This document shows positions 36,135 to 46,172 of a DNA stretch of 64,000 bases, in pieces (positions within the stretch are counted from its first letter, which is position 1; each line of letters starts with the position of its first letter). A model generated the notes under the pieces. That model saw nothing but the letters and a program-made list of their open reading frames with translations, ran no database searches and was not told the DNA's origin. The translations under genes were made by a program, and so were the position numbers. Source of the DNA: Minisyncoccota bacterium (GTDB taxonomy: Bacteria; Patescibacteriota; Minisyncoccia; Phycocordibacterales; UBA9973); the NCBI GenBank assembly GCA_041675085.1, contig JBAYUN010000001.1, positions 9,829 through 73,828 on the forward strand. The letters are read 5' to 3'.

Positions 36135-37181
36135 TTAATCCGTCTCAGGCTTGCTAATTTCAAGCAATGAAAGTTCTGGAGAAGATCCTGCGATACGCAA
36201 GACGTCTTTGTCTATTTTCTTCAGTTCTTTGTTAGAAGCGTTATAGTGATTCACTACAGTGCCTAGGGCGTTACCAAGCTTGTTGTGATATTCATCATAG
36301 CTTTTTAAATGCTTGCCGAGGTCTTCTACTTTTTTAATTATCTCTTTTGCGGACTCTTCTATTTGCATAGCTTTTAATCCTTGTAAGACTGTTTGGAGAT
36401 AGGCAAGGAAAGAAGTAGGGGAAGTGATGATGACTTTATATTTACCGCTCGCTCTTTGGATAAGATTGTCGCCGTCTTCACTAGCTCCGACTTTGTTGGT
36501 TATTAAATCATAATAGATAGCTTCGTGAGGAATAAACATGAATGCAAAGTCAGTAGTACTCTTTGAAGGTTGAATATATTTTGAAGTTTCTACTATTCTA
36601 TTTTTGAGGTCATTTACGAAAACTGTCTCTAGTCTTTTCTTTTCTGTTGTTTCTTGTTCTTCTATCATTCTATTGTAATTCTCGAGAGAGAATTTAGAGT
36701 CTATTGGTATTATCTTGTCTTTGACGAATACAACAGCGTCGACAATAGTCCCGTCAGGGAAAGGGTATTGCATTTGATAGCTACCAGGAGGTAGTACGTT
36801 TTTCAAAACGGTCTCGAGATAGTATTCTCCTAGTATTCCGCGTTGCTTTGGATTACGTAAAATATTTTCCAAGCTTTGGAGTTGATCGGCAAAAGATACG
36901 ACTTGTTTATTGGTTTCGTCTAATTTGGTTAATTTTTCGGTGACGTCGCGGATTATTTTATTGGATTCGGTGGAATGGAATTGTAAACTCTCGCGGACTT
37001 GTTTGTGGCTTTCACCTATCTTCATATCGACTACACGGCCGAGTTCGTTGAGCTGAGTCAGTATTAATTGCAAGCCAGTATTATCTTCGGGATTGTTTTT
37101 CTTAAAAACTTTTTCTAATAGAAAATAAACTATGATTCCTCCAGCTACTATCCCTACAACTATTGTGATTATAAATTCCAT
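36135..37181 (-). CDS. rmuC: DNA recombination protein RmuC
   Basis: N-terminal TM, K.RG.LGE..L, IDSKF and FMFIP.E. Confidence 0.92.
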   Translation of the reverse strand: MEFIITIVVGIVAGGIIVYFLLEKVFKKNNPEDNTGLQLILTQLNELGRVVDMKIGESHKQVRESLQFHSTESNKIIRDVTEKLTKLDETNKQVVSFADQLQSLENILRNPKQRGILGEYYLETVLKNVLPPGSYQMQYPFPDGTIVDAVVFVKDKIIPIDSKFSLENYNRMIEEQETTEKKRLETVFVNDLKNRIVETSKYIQPSKSTTDFAFMFIPHEAIYYDLITNKVGASEDGDNLIQRASGKYKVIITSPTSFLAYLQTVLQGLKAMQIEESAKEIIKKVEDLGKHLKSYDEYHNKLGNALGTVVNHYNASNKELKKIDKDVLRIAGSSPELSLLEISKPETD

Positions 37182-37191
37182 ATTTTTTTAA

Positions 37192-37908
37192 TTATTTATT
37201 TAAGTAATGTTTGAGTGTATAAATCCAGTCTTCTTCATTCTGATCGCTTTTCATTTTCTCGCCCAAGAGCCATTCGAGCCATCCGCGGTCAGTAGAGACT
37301 ACTTCTTCTATAGTTTTACCTTTATGCTTACCAAAATTTAATCTCTTGAAGATTGAAGGGTGAGAGGATATCTCTATCATTCTAGCTATTGCTTCTTCGT
37401 CATTTATATTTTCTGTAGTCTTGATTTTATTCTTAAGTCTATCGAAAAGTTTCTCTAAGACTAACACATCTCCAAATGCATCATGAGCAATAGCTTCTAT
37501 CTCTATATCGAGTGCATAACGCAAAAATTGCAGACGATAAGAAGAGAGTGACTCTTCGGGGTCGAGAGCTCGAGCAACGCGAAGGGTACAGATGAATTTC
37601 GCCACAGAGATATCTTCATTTTTGAGTATGCCGATGTCAAAAGGTGCATTGTGAGCTACAGAAATAGTCTCATTGCTCTCAAAAAGGTCTTTGAGATTTT
37701 TATAATCCTCACTTTCTTTAAAGAGAGGCTTGTCTTCTACCATTTTGTTAGAAATATGATGCACTGCCGAAGCCTCAGCAGGTATGCGTACAGGAGGTTT
37801 GTAGAGTTTATTAAATTCCAAATCATTATCTTTATAAGCTATTTGGCAAAGGTAGTCTTTATCGGTATTGCCAGTAGTCTCTGTATCAAAAAATATTATT
37901 TTATTCAT
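37192..37908 (-). CDS. DEDDh 3'-5' exonuclease (ExoX-like)
   Basis: DTETTG, AHNAPFD, AHDA.GDV and C-terminal FGKHKG. Confidence 0.88.
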   Translation of the reverse strand: MNKIIFFDTETTGNTDKDYLCQIAYKDNDLEFNKLYKPPVRIPAEASAVHHISNKMVEDKPLFKESEDYKNLKDLFESNETISVAHNAPFDIGILKNEDISVAKFICTLRVARALDPEESLSSYRLQFLRYALDIEIEAIAHDAFGDVLVLEKLFDRLKNKIKTTENINDEEAIARMIEISSHPSIFKRLNFGKHKGKTIEEVVSTDRGWLEWLLGEKMKSDQNEEDWIYTLKHYLNK

Positions 37909-37943
37909 TTCGTAATTATAACATATTTTGCTATAATTGATTT

Positions 37944-38393
37944 ATGTTACATGAACAAATAAAAAATGGAATAAAAGAAGCTATGATGGCCAAAGATACT
38001 GTTCGCCTCGAAGTTATGAGAGGTATGGTTACGGCTTTTATGAATGAACTCGTAGCTAAAAATCGCAAGCCAAATGAAATGCTAAATGATGAAGAAGTGA
38101 TAGCTGTTATAACTCGCTTAGCAAAACAAAGAAAAGATTCTATAGAGCAATTTAAACTCGGAGGTAGAGAAGACTTGGTGGTAGAAGAAGAAGCCCAACT
38201 CGCTATAATCTCGACTTATCTTCCAAAGATGATGGATGATGAAGAAGTAATCAAAATAATAAAAGCCAAGAAAGAAGAAATGAATATTACCGATCCGAAA
38301 GAAAAAGGTAAATTCGTGGGCGAGATAATGAAAGATTTAAAAGGTAAAGCAGATGGAGCTTTTATTAAAAAAGTTGTCGACTCTTTATTTTAA
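37944..38393 (+). CDS. GatB/YqeY domain protein
   Basis: IKEAM.AKD..RL, KQRKDSIEQF..GGREDL and YLP. Confidence 0.92.
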   Translation: MLHEQIKNGIKEAMMAKDTVRLEVMRGMVTAFMNELVAKNRKPNEMLNDEEVIAVITRLAKQRKDSIEQFKLGGREDLVVEEEAQLAIISTYLPKMMDDEEVIKIIKAKKEEMNITDPKEKGKFVGEIMKDLKGKADGAFIKKVVDSLF

Positions 38394-38396
38394 TTT

Positions 38397-39347
38397 ATGA
38401 AAAATACTAAAAAACGTCTCGTAACACATAACGGAGCTTTTCATGCAGATGATCTTTTTGCTGCTGCGACTTTGATATTGATCATGGAAAAAGAAGGGTA
38501 TGAATACGAAATAGTCCGTACTCGCGATATGGAAGTTATTAATAAGGCGGATTATGTGTTTGACGTTGGAGGTATTTACAATAGAGAGACAAATAGGTAT
38601 GATCATCACCAGAAGGATAGTCCAGAAGGTAGAACTAGTGGTATACCTTATGCTTCTTTTGGTTTGGTCTGGAAAGATTTCGGTATGGCTCTATGTGGGG
38701 ACAATAAAGAAGTCTGGGAGATTATCGATAATGAGATAGCTTCTCCGATAGATGCGAATGATAACGGTATAGATGTAGTGAGTTTAAAATTCAAAAACGT
38801 AAAGCCTTACGCTGGTTCTCGAGTTTTTACTATCTATGAACCTACTTGGAAAGAGACCGAAAACCATATCGACCAAATATTCATCGACCAAGCCGTCAAA
38901 GTATCTTTGTTATTAAAAAGAGAAATACAAGTAGCCGAGCAAGACGTCGAAGGTATGAATCTTATCAAAAAGTCTTATGAGATTGCAGAAGATAAAAGAG
39001 TTGTAGTTCTAGATACTTCTTTACCGAGATATTTGTATCAGCAAGTCTTATCTTCATTTAGCGAACCTGTATATCTGATCTCTCCTAGCAGTCATGGTAC
39101 AAGTTATAAAGTTGAAGCTATTACTAAAAGTCCTGAGACTATGCAAAGTCGCAAACCTTTCCCTTTATCTTGGAGAGGAATTCTAGGAGGAGCGAATGCT
39201 TTAGAGATTACAGGAATAGCAGGAGTCTTGTTTGTGCACAATAGTGGATTCTTGGCCAACTTAGATACAAAAGAAAACGCATTAAAATTCGCATACAAAT
39301 CATTATCAATAAAAGAAAAGTTTTCTTTTAAAAATTTATTTAAATAA
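38397..39347 (+). CDS. MYG1 family (UPF0160) exonuclease
   Basis: THNG.FHADD, RTRD, DVGG.Y...YDHHQ, ID.NDNG and FVHNSGF. Confidence 0.92.
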   Translation: MKNTKKRLVTHNGAFHADDLFAAATLILIMEKEGYEYEIVRTRDMEVINKADYVFDVGGIYNRETNRYDHHQKDSPEGRTSGIPYASFGLVWKDFGMALCGDNKEVWEIIDNEIASPIDANDNGIDVVSLKFKNVKPYAGSRVFTIYEPTWKETENHIDQIFIDQAVKVSLLLKREIQVAEQDVEGMNLIKKSYEIAEDKRVVVLDTSLPRYLYQQVLSSFSEPVYLISPSSHGTSYKVEAITKSPETMQSRKPFPLSWRGILGGANALEITGIAGVLFVHNSGFLANLDTKENALKFAYKSLSIKEKFSFKNLFK

Positions 39348-39361
39348 AAAAAATATACTTG

Positions 39362-39469
39362 TCCCGTACTAAATTTTTGATTATTGTAAATTATGAAAAA
39401 ATAAGGTTTTGTGCAATAATGAAAGAGTTGAAAACTATTAATAACAAATTAAAATTATAGTACTGGGAT
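39362..39469 (+). mobile_element. Degenerate MITE-like element ending at the obgE start codon
   Basis: Imperfect TIRs tcccgtactaaatttt / aaaattatagtactggg(AT)G, about 108 bp. Confidence 0.5.
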
Positions 39470-40472
39470 GGCATTCATTGATGAAATTAAAATACATGGA
39501 GAAGCGGGTAAGGGTGGTAACGGAGTTGTTCGTTGGCGTCAAGAGAAATTCATAGAGAAGGGAGGACCGGCGGGAGGCGACGGTGGACGCGGAGGTGACT
39601 TTTTCGTCCTAGCTGTGAGAGACATAAATATTCTTCATAAATATAAAGCCAAGAAAATATTCAAAGCGGAAGACGGAGGTAACGGTGGAGGTAAAAGTCT
39701 CCACGGTGCTAACGGGAAAGATATGGTTCTCGAGCTTCCTATCGGGACTGTGGTTACCAATACTGGTACTGGTGAGCGTTGGCAGCTACTTCATGAAGGG
39801 GAGAAGTTTTTGATATTGAAAGGCGGATATGGCGGATATGGCAATGAGCATTTTAAAAGTTCTACAAATACAACACCCGAAGAATCTAACGACGGAGGCC
39901 CAGGAGAAGTAGGGGATTTTCATATTGAACTCGAACTTATCGCTGATATTGGACTTGTCGGATATCCTAATGCTGGCAAATCTTCACTTTTGAATTCTAT
40001 TACTCGCGCGGATGCAAAAGTTGGTGACTATGCTTTTACTACACTCGACCCAAATTTGGGAGAATTTTATGGATACATCATAGCCGATATTCCAGGTATT
40101 ATCGAAGGCGCTAGTGAAGGTAAAGGTCTCGGTATTAAATTCCTAAGACACGTAAAGCGTACTAAAATCTTAGCGCATCTAGTATCTTTCGAGAATACAA
40201 ATATGCTAAAAAGCTACAAAGAGATTCGTAAAGAATTAGAAGCTTTCGATAAGAAGAATCAAAATATAGATATCGATGATGAGACTGACCTAGCAGATAA
40301 AGAAGAAATAATTATTCTGACTAAAAGCGACGTAGTAGATAATCCGAAAATTATAGATAAAGCCTTGAAGGATTTTGAAAAATTAGGCAAGAAAGTTTTT
40401 GTTTTGTCTCTCTATGATGATAAGTCTGTAAAGAAATTTATGGATGAATTAATAAAAATATTAAAGAAATAA
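39468..40472 (+). CDS. obgE: GTPase ObgE
   Basis: Gly-rich Obg fold, GYPNAGKS, YAFTTL, DIPG and TKSD. Confidence 0.97.
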   Translation: MAFIDEIKIHGEAGKGGNGVVRWRQEKFIEKGGPAGGDGGRGGDFFVLAVRDINILHKYKAKKIFKAEDGGNGGGKSLHGANGKDMVLELPIGTVVTNTGTGERWQLLHEGEKFLILKGGYGGYGNEHFKSSTNTTPEESNDGGPGEVGDFHIELELIADIGLVGYPNAGKSSLLNSITRADAKVGDYAFTTLDPNLGEFYGYIIADIPGIIEGASEGKGLGIKFLRHVKRTKILAHLVSFENTNMLKSYKEIRKELEAFDKKNQNIDIDDETDLADKEEIIILTKSDVVDNPKIIDKALKDFEKLGKKVFVLSLYDDKSVKKFMDELIKILKK

Positions 40473-40479
40473 AAATAAT

Positions 40480-41910
40480 ATGGAGAAAAAATATTATGTA
40501 ACAATCGGACTTGAAATACATGCAGAGTTAAATACAAAGACCAAGATGTTTTGCTCTTGTGCGAATGACCCCGAAGAGACCGAACCCAATAAGAATATCT
40601 GCCCGGTTTGTATGGCTCATCCGGGAGCTTTACCTGTACCTAACAAAAAAGCTATTGAGAACGTAGTCAAAGTCGGTCTCGCTATTGGAGCCGATATCGC
40701 TGACTTTTCAGAATTCGACCGCAAGAATTATTTTTATCCTGATATACCGAAAGGTTATCAGATTTCTCAACTTAAATATCCTATAGTCAAAGGTGGGGCG
40801 CTAGCGGACATGACTATCACTCGTATTCATTTAGAAGAAGATACAGCCAACAACAAACATGACCGTGGAGATTTCTCTTTGATAGATTTCAATCGTGCTG
40901 GTGTGCCTCTTATGGAACTCGTGACTGATTCACATACTTTTGATACTGCACTCGAGGCTTCTCAGGTAGCGAGTAATTTTGCTCGTGAATATCAATTACT
41001 TTTGCAATACCTTGGAGTATCCGATGCCAATATGGAAAAAGGTGAGATGCGTGTCGAGGCGAACGTATCTATTTCTCCGGTGCGTGACGAACTCTGGAAA
41101 GGTTACGTAGAGGTTAAAAACTTGAACTCTTTCAAGACTGTAGAGCGCGCTATTTTATACGAAGTAGAACGCATGACTGAACTCTGGGAAAAGGGAATGC
41201 AGGACGAGATAGTCAAAGAGACTCGAGGTTGGGACGAAGCAAAACAAAAGACAATAAGTCAGAGAAAGAAAGAGTCTAGCGAAGACTATAGATATTTCCC
41301 TGATCCTGATTTAGCTAAAATGGAATTACATAAAGTTTTTGATTTAGAAAAAATGAAGAGCGAGCTTCCAGAATTGCCAGTAGGCAAAAGAGCGAGATAC
41401 AAAGCTGATTATGGAATCAAAGACGAAGATATTGAGATATATATCAACAATAAAGACCTAGCTCTGTACTTTGAAGAAGTTGCAAAGATTTTGAATAACT
41501 TAGAGAAGATTAAAACTGCTTCAAACTATATCCTGACTGACTATATTGGTATCAAGAAAGCGAACACAGAAGCCAAGCTTCCTAGTCAAAAGAATTTCGC
41601 CGAACTTATAACTTTAGCCGTAGAAGGTCAGATTTCTTCTCGTGTAGCTAAAGATATCCTCGCTATGATTGTAGTAGAGGACGCTTCACCTTTAAAAATA
41701 GCCGAAGAGAAAAACTTGATTCAAAAGAATGACGAAAGCGAAATAAAAGGAATAGTAGAGAAAATAATCTCCGAGAATCCTGAAGTCGTAGCGACGTATA
41801 AATCTGGAAAAGAAAACGCAATTATGTCTCTAGTAGGTAAAGTGATAAAAGAATCAAATGGCTCCGCAAATCCTCAGATGGTTATCAAGCTTTTGAAGGA
41901 GTTGATATAA
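40480..41910 (+). CDS. gatB: Asp/Glu-tRNA amidotransferase subunit B
   Basis: IGLEIH, FDRKNYFYPD.PKGYQISQ, HLEED and YRYFPDPDL. Confidence 0.97.
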   Translation: MEKKYYVTIGLEIHAELNTKTKMFCSCANDPEETEPNKNICPVCMAHPGALPVPNKKAIENVVKVGLAIGADIADFSEFDRKNYFYPDIPKGYQISQLKYPIVKGGALADMTITRIHLEEDTANNKHDRGDFSLIDFNRAGVPLMELVTDSHTFDTALEASQVASNFAREYQLLLQYLGVSDANMEKGEMRVEANVSISPVRDELWKGYVEVKNLNSFKTVERAILYEVERMTELWEKGMQDEIVKETRGWDEAKQKTISQRKKESSEDYRYFPDPDLAKMELHKVFDLEKMKSELPELPVGKRARYKADYGIKDEDIEIYINNKDLALYFEEVAKILNNLEKIKTASNYILTDYIGIKKANTEAKLPSQKNFAELITLAVEGQISSRVAKDILAMIVVEDASPLKIAEEKNLIQKNDESEIKGIVEKIISENPEVVATYKSGKENAIMSLVGKVIKESNGSANPQMVIKLLKELI

Positions 41911-41987
41911 GAATTGACTTAACTCTATAAGTTTTGTATAGTTTTAGTGATAAAATTTGTTCACAACACAATTTAAATTCTTTTACA

Positions 41988-42677
41988 ATGAAATACAGTG
42001 ATAATCCCATTGAAGACGAACTTTTTCATAGAACACATCGTTTAATGGAGGAGTATGAACATTTCTTATGCTCAAATAACGGTGTTTATAGTTTAAATGC
42101 TCATCAGTGTTTAATGTATGCTCACTTTCCTTATTTGGGTGATAAAAAAAGACAAATTATCTTACCTATGCCTAGAGAAAAATGGTATCCATCTAATGCA
42201 TGTTTAGATCTAGAAAATTTTCATGCTGAAAATGGAACTTTGTGGCCAAGCATGTCTCATTATAATTATTCTATGGATTCATGTATAAATGAATTTCCAG
42301 GATTACTTTGTTTTGGGTATGCTGTTTGTGCTGAGGAATTATTTCCATGTGCATTTTTTGTAAATTTTTTACTTACAGGAGAAATTCCAGGTTCTGACGA
42401 TAAATTTCCTGAAGAATGGGCTATAGATCCTATGGGTATTGCATCAGGTAAAAAACCTGAATGTTACATAGGAGTTAGTCCTAAAATTGAAGATGTTCAA
42501 GATTGGATTTTAAGCAAAACAGTGCATCCACTCGAAGCTTGGGCTAAAGATAGAAATTCTGATATTTTAGAGAGTAGAAATATTGAAAAGGAGATTTATC
42601 TATATCACCAAAGTGTTGTAAACAATCTTGAACCAGGAACGCAAGAACAGTATATTAAATGGTTAGATTTTTCTTAA
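41988..42677 (+). CDS. Hypothetical protein (Cys/His/Trp-rich ORFan)
   Basis: ATG at 41988 after a TTGACT..TATAGT promoter. Terminator at 42774-42802. Confidence 0.7.
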   Translation: MKYSDNPIEDELFHRTHRLMEEYEHFLCSNNGVYSLNAHQCLMYAHFPYLGDKKRQIILPMPREKWYPSNACLDLENFHAENGTLWPSMSHYNYSMDSCINEFPGLLCFGYAVCAEELFPCAFFVNFLLTGEIPGSDDKFPEEWAIDPMGIASGKKPECYIGVSPKIEDVQDWILSKTVHPLEAWAKDRNSDILESRNIEKEIYLYHQSVVNNLEPGTQEQYIKWLDFS

Positions 42678-42835
42678 AGAACAGATAATGGAAGCAAATT
42701 AAAAATTTTGTTTAGAATATAAGAAAGAAGAAGTTCTACCTTTCTAGGCAAGTCTTTCGAAGACATACATGTTAAAAACCTCTATTGATTTAGAGGTTTT
42801 TTATTTGCCTAATAGATTTATGTTATAATATCTCT

Positions 42836-43702
42836 ATGAAATCATTACGTGAATATATAAAAGAAGCAGGGGAAAAGGGAGTTGCTATTGGGCATTTTAA
42901 TATTTCAAATTTAGAAGGTTTGCATGGGATTTATAATGCTGCAAAGAAATTAAACTTACCGGTTATTATCGGAGTTTCAGAAGGTGAAGAATCTTTCGTT
43001 GGGCTCAATCAAGTTGTGGCTCTGGTGCGCTCTATAAGAGAGCAAGATAATTATCCAATATTCTTAAATGCTGATCATCATGCTAGTTTTGAGAGAGTGA
43101 AGGCCTGTATTGATGCGGGTTTTGATATGGTTATTATCGACGGAGCACATTTGCCTTATGAAGAGAATGTCGCTCTGACTAAGCAATGCGTAGAATATGC
43201 ACGCGAAGTTTTTACTAATTCTGGACGTGAGGTCCTCGTAGAAGCCGAGCTTGGTTATATCGGTTCAGGATCAAATATCAAAGAGACTATTCCCGAAGGT
43301 GCAGGGATTCTAACTAGTCCTGAAGAAGCAAAGAGATTTGCCGACGATACAGGTATAGATTTACTAGCTCCGTCTATTGGGTCTGTGCACGGACTTATCA
43401 AAAGCGGCAAGCCTCATATCGACGCCGAACGTACAAAAGAAATTAAAGCGATAACAAATCTACCTTTAGTTCTTCACGGAGGATCAGGTCTTCGCGACGA
43501 AGATTTTGTAAACGCTATAAAAGCCGGTGTAAATATTGTGCATATCAATAGTGAGATACGTCTAGGTTGGAAAGAGGCTGTAGAAGAATTCATAAAAAAT
43601 AATCCAAACGAAATCAATCCGTCTAAAATCTTAGAGCCAGCAAAAAATGCTATAGAAAAAATAGTAGAAGAAAGATTAAGACTTTTTAATATGATTAAAT
43701 AA
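42836..43702 (+). CDS. fba: Class II fructose-bisphosphate aldolase
   Basis: ADH, EAELG, G.VHG, LVLHGGSG and N.E.R. Confidence 0.9.
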   Translation: MKSLREYIKEAGEKGVAIGHFNISNLEGLHGIYNAAKKLNLPVIIGVSEGEESFVGLNQVVALVRSIREQDNYPIFLNADHHASFERVKACIDAGFDMVIIDGAHLPYEENVALTKQCVEYAREVFTNSGREVLVEAELGYIGSGSNIKETIPEGAGILTSPEEAKRFADDTGIDLLAPSIGSVHGLIKSGKPHIDAERTKEIKAITNLPLVLHGGSGLRDEDFVNAIKAGVNIVHINSEIRLGWKEAVEEFIKNNPNEINPSKILEPAKNAIEKIVEERLRLFNMIK

Positions 43703-43707
43703 AAATT

Positions 43708-45474
43708 ATGCAAGAAGAAATAAAAAAGTTTTTTAAGGGAGATATTGAAAATAGTGATGAAGTCCTGACCAAGTATTCTCACGATGCTTCTGTTTTGGAA
43801 GTACGTCCGGAGTTAGTTTTATTTCCAAAAGATTCTGAAGATGTAAAGAACTTGGTAAAATGGGTGAATGAAAACAAGTCTATTTATCCAAATCTAGCGA
43901 TAACTCCTCGTTCTGCGGGGACTTGTATGTCGGGAGGTTCAATAGGAGAATCTATTATTTTAGATTTTACTCGCTACATGAATCAGCTCGTAAAAGAACC
44001 TGAGAAGATAAAAAATTCTCTCGGTCCTCGGGTCGCTTTGCTCAACCAGACACTCGAGAATTCTTCATCTTCTCAGGCAGAAGGTGTTATTACAGTACAA
44101 CCTGGCATGTATTATAGAGACTTTGAAAAAATAACTCTTGAAAAAGGTATGATACTGCCTTGTTTTACTGCTTCTAAAAATTTGAATGCCGTCGGGGGAA
44201 TGTATGGTAATAATTCTGCTGGAGAGCGTACTTTGTCTTATGGTAAGACTGAGAATTTTGTAAATCAAGCTAAAGTAATTTTTACTGATGGTAATGAATA
44301 CGTAGTGCGTCCTCTTTCTAAAAAAGAATTAGAAGCTAAAATTGCTCAAGGCGATTTTGAAGGAAATGTTTACAAGAATGTTTATGAATTAATTTTAAAT
44401 AATAAAGAAGAGATAGTAAAAGCTAAACCAAATGTTAGCAAGAACTCAGCGGGTTACTATCTTTGGAATGTGGTGGATTTTATGGGTACGCGTGGAGAGG
44501 ATAATTATTTTGATCTCAATAGACTTCTGGTTGGTTCTCAAGGTACTCTCGGTATAACTACAGAGATAACTTTTAGACTGGTGAGTGAAGCAAAATACAG
44601 AAAATTATTGGTTATTTTCTTGCGTGATATAAAAATCTTGCCTGGCTTAGTGAATAAAATCTTAAAACACAAACCAGAGACTTTAGAATCCTATGATGAC
44701 AAGACTTTCTTCCTTGTATTAAAGTACATAGTAGATTTTATAAAAATGCTTGGCTTTAAAAATTTATTCAAACTTATCTTATCTTTTGGTCCTGAGACTT
44801 TGATGACTTTGCGTCACGGTTTCCCAAAATTAATATTACTTGTAGAATTTGCAGGCGATGATGAGAAGTTGGTAAATGAGCAAGCAATGAATGCATATCA
44901 AGAATTGAAACATGTGAATAAAATAGGTATTCATCTAACTCGCAATGATTTTGAAGCCAAAAAATATTGGACTATTCGTCACGAAGCTTTCAATCTAATT
45001 CGTTATCATTTGAAAAAAGTAAAATCCAAACCTTTCATAGATGACGTTGTGGTTCGTCCTGAAAAATTACCAGAATTCTTCCCTCGACTTTATGAGATTT
45101 TAAATCATTATAAAAAAGATATGACTTTTGCTATCGGCGGGCATGCAGGAGACGGCAATCTTCATATTTACACTTTACTTAATCCAAAAGACCCAAAGAT
45201 CAAGTTGGTAATAGAAGAAGTCTCGGAGAAAGTTTATTCTCTGGTCAACGAACTCGGAGGTTCCAATACTGCCGAGCATAATGATGGATTAGTGCGTAGT
45301 GCTTTTTTGCCGAAAATGTATAATGAAAATATTATCAATTTATTTAAAGAAGCAAAAGAGATTTTTGACCCGAAATACTTCTTGAATCCAGGTAAAAAAG
45401 TACCTCTAAAAGACGGAGGATTGGGAACTAGAGAATACTTAGACGCTCATATAAGCATAGATAAGTCATACTAG
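43708..45474 (+). CDS. FAD-binding oxidoreductase (GlcD/D-lactate dehydrogenase-like)
   Basis: PR.AGT, GGM.GNNSAG, GSQGTLG, GHAGDGNLH, AEHNDG and LNPGK. Confidence 0.9.
   Translation: MQEEIKKFFKGDIENSDEVLTKYSHDASVLEVRPELVLFPKDSEDVKNLVKWVNENKSIYPNLAITPRSAGTCMSGGSIGESIILDFTRYMNQLVKEPEKIKNSLGPRVALLNQTLENSSSSQAEGVITVQPGMYYRDFEKITLEKGMILPCFTASKNLNAVGGMYGNNSAGERTLSYGKTENFVNQAKVIFTDGNEYVVRPLSKKELEAKIAQGDFEGNVYKNVYELILNNKEEIVKAKPNVSKNSAGYYLWNVVDFMGTRGEDNYFDLNRLLVGSQGTLGITTEITFRLVSEAKYRKLLVIFLRDIKILPGLVNKILKHKPETLESYDDKTFFLVLKYIVDFIKMLGFKNLFKLILSFGPETLMTLRHGFPKLILLVEFAGDDEKLVNEQAMNAYQELKHVNKIGIHLTRNDFEAKKYWTIRHEAFNLIRYHLKKVKSKPFIDDVVVRPEKLPEFFPRLYEILNHYKKDMTFAIGGHAGDGNLHIYTLLNPKDPKIKLVIEEVSEKVYSLVNELGGSNTAEHNDGLVRSAFLPKMYNENIINLFKEAKEIFDPKYFLNPGKKVPLKDGGLGTREYLDAHISIDKSY
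43999..44077. repeat. Palindromic element inside the oxidoreductase reading frame
   Basis: 22 bp arms 43999-44020 / 44056-44077 (2 mismatches) around a GC-rich core. Confidence 0.7.
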
Positions 45475-45518
45475 GGATTTATTTGCTTTCTTTATAATTT
45501 TAATATATAATCATACCC

Positions 45519-46142
45519 ATGTTTGAAATAAAAGCGAAAAAAAGAAATTTAAAAGATATTTTACCAAAAGAAGACATAATGGCTGTTTACTACGGAGCCG
45601 GAGTAAATAGTACTTCTATCAGTATTAACCTAAACGAATTCAAAAAAGTTTGGGAAAAAGCTGGTGAATCTACTGCTATTAAATTGTCAGTAGAAGGAAC
45701 TGTTGTGAACGTTTTGATTCATGATATTCAATTAAATCCTATCACTAACTTTCCTACACACGTAGATTTTCTAGTTATTGATATGAACAAGACAGTTGTC
45801 GTATCTGTACCTCTAGAATTCGTTGGTGTTTCTCCTGCTGTTAAATCAGGCCTTGGTATTTTGGTAAAAGTGCTTCACGAAGTTGAAGTTGAAGCTTTAC
45901 CGAAAGATTTACCTCAAGTTATCGAAGTTGATATTTCTCCACTTGTAGATCTAGATAGTTCTATCTTAGTTTCAAATCTAGTATTTCCAAAAGGTGTTAC
46001 TGCTGTAGCCGAAATGGAAGAAGTAGTAGCAGCTATTACTCCACAAAAAGAAGAAGTTGAGACAAACACTCCAATAGACTTATCTGCTATCGAAGTTGAA
46101 AAGAAAGGCAAGAAAGAAGAGGATGTGGATAATGCCGGCTAA
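45519..46142 (+). CDS. rplY: 50S ribosomal protein bL25 (long Ctc form)
   Basis: AVYYG, Q..P.T....HVDF, VPLEFVG and LP.DLP..IEVDIS. Confidence 0.93.
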   Translation: MFEIKAKKRNLKDILPKEDIMAVYYGAGVNSTSISINLNEFKKVWEKAGESTAIKLSVEGTVVNVLIHDIQLNPITNFPTHVDFLVIDMNKTVVVSVPLEFVGVSPAVKSGLGILVKVLHEVEVEALPKDLPQVIEVDISPLVDLDSSILVSNLVFPKGVTAVAEMEEVVAAITPQKEEVETNTPIDLSAIEVEKKGKKEEDVDNAG

Positions 46143-46172
46143 ATAATCTCAAAATATGTTATAATAAGAACT

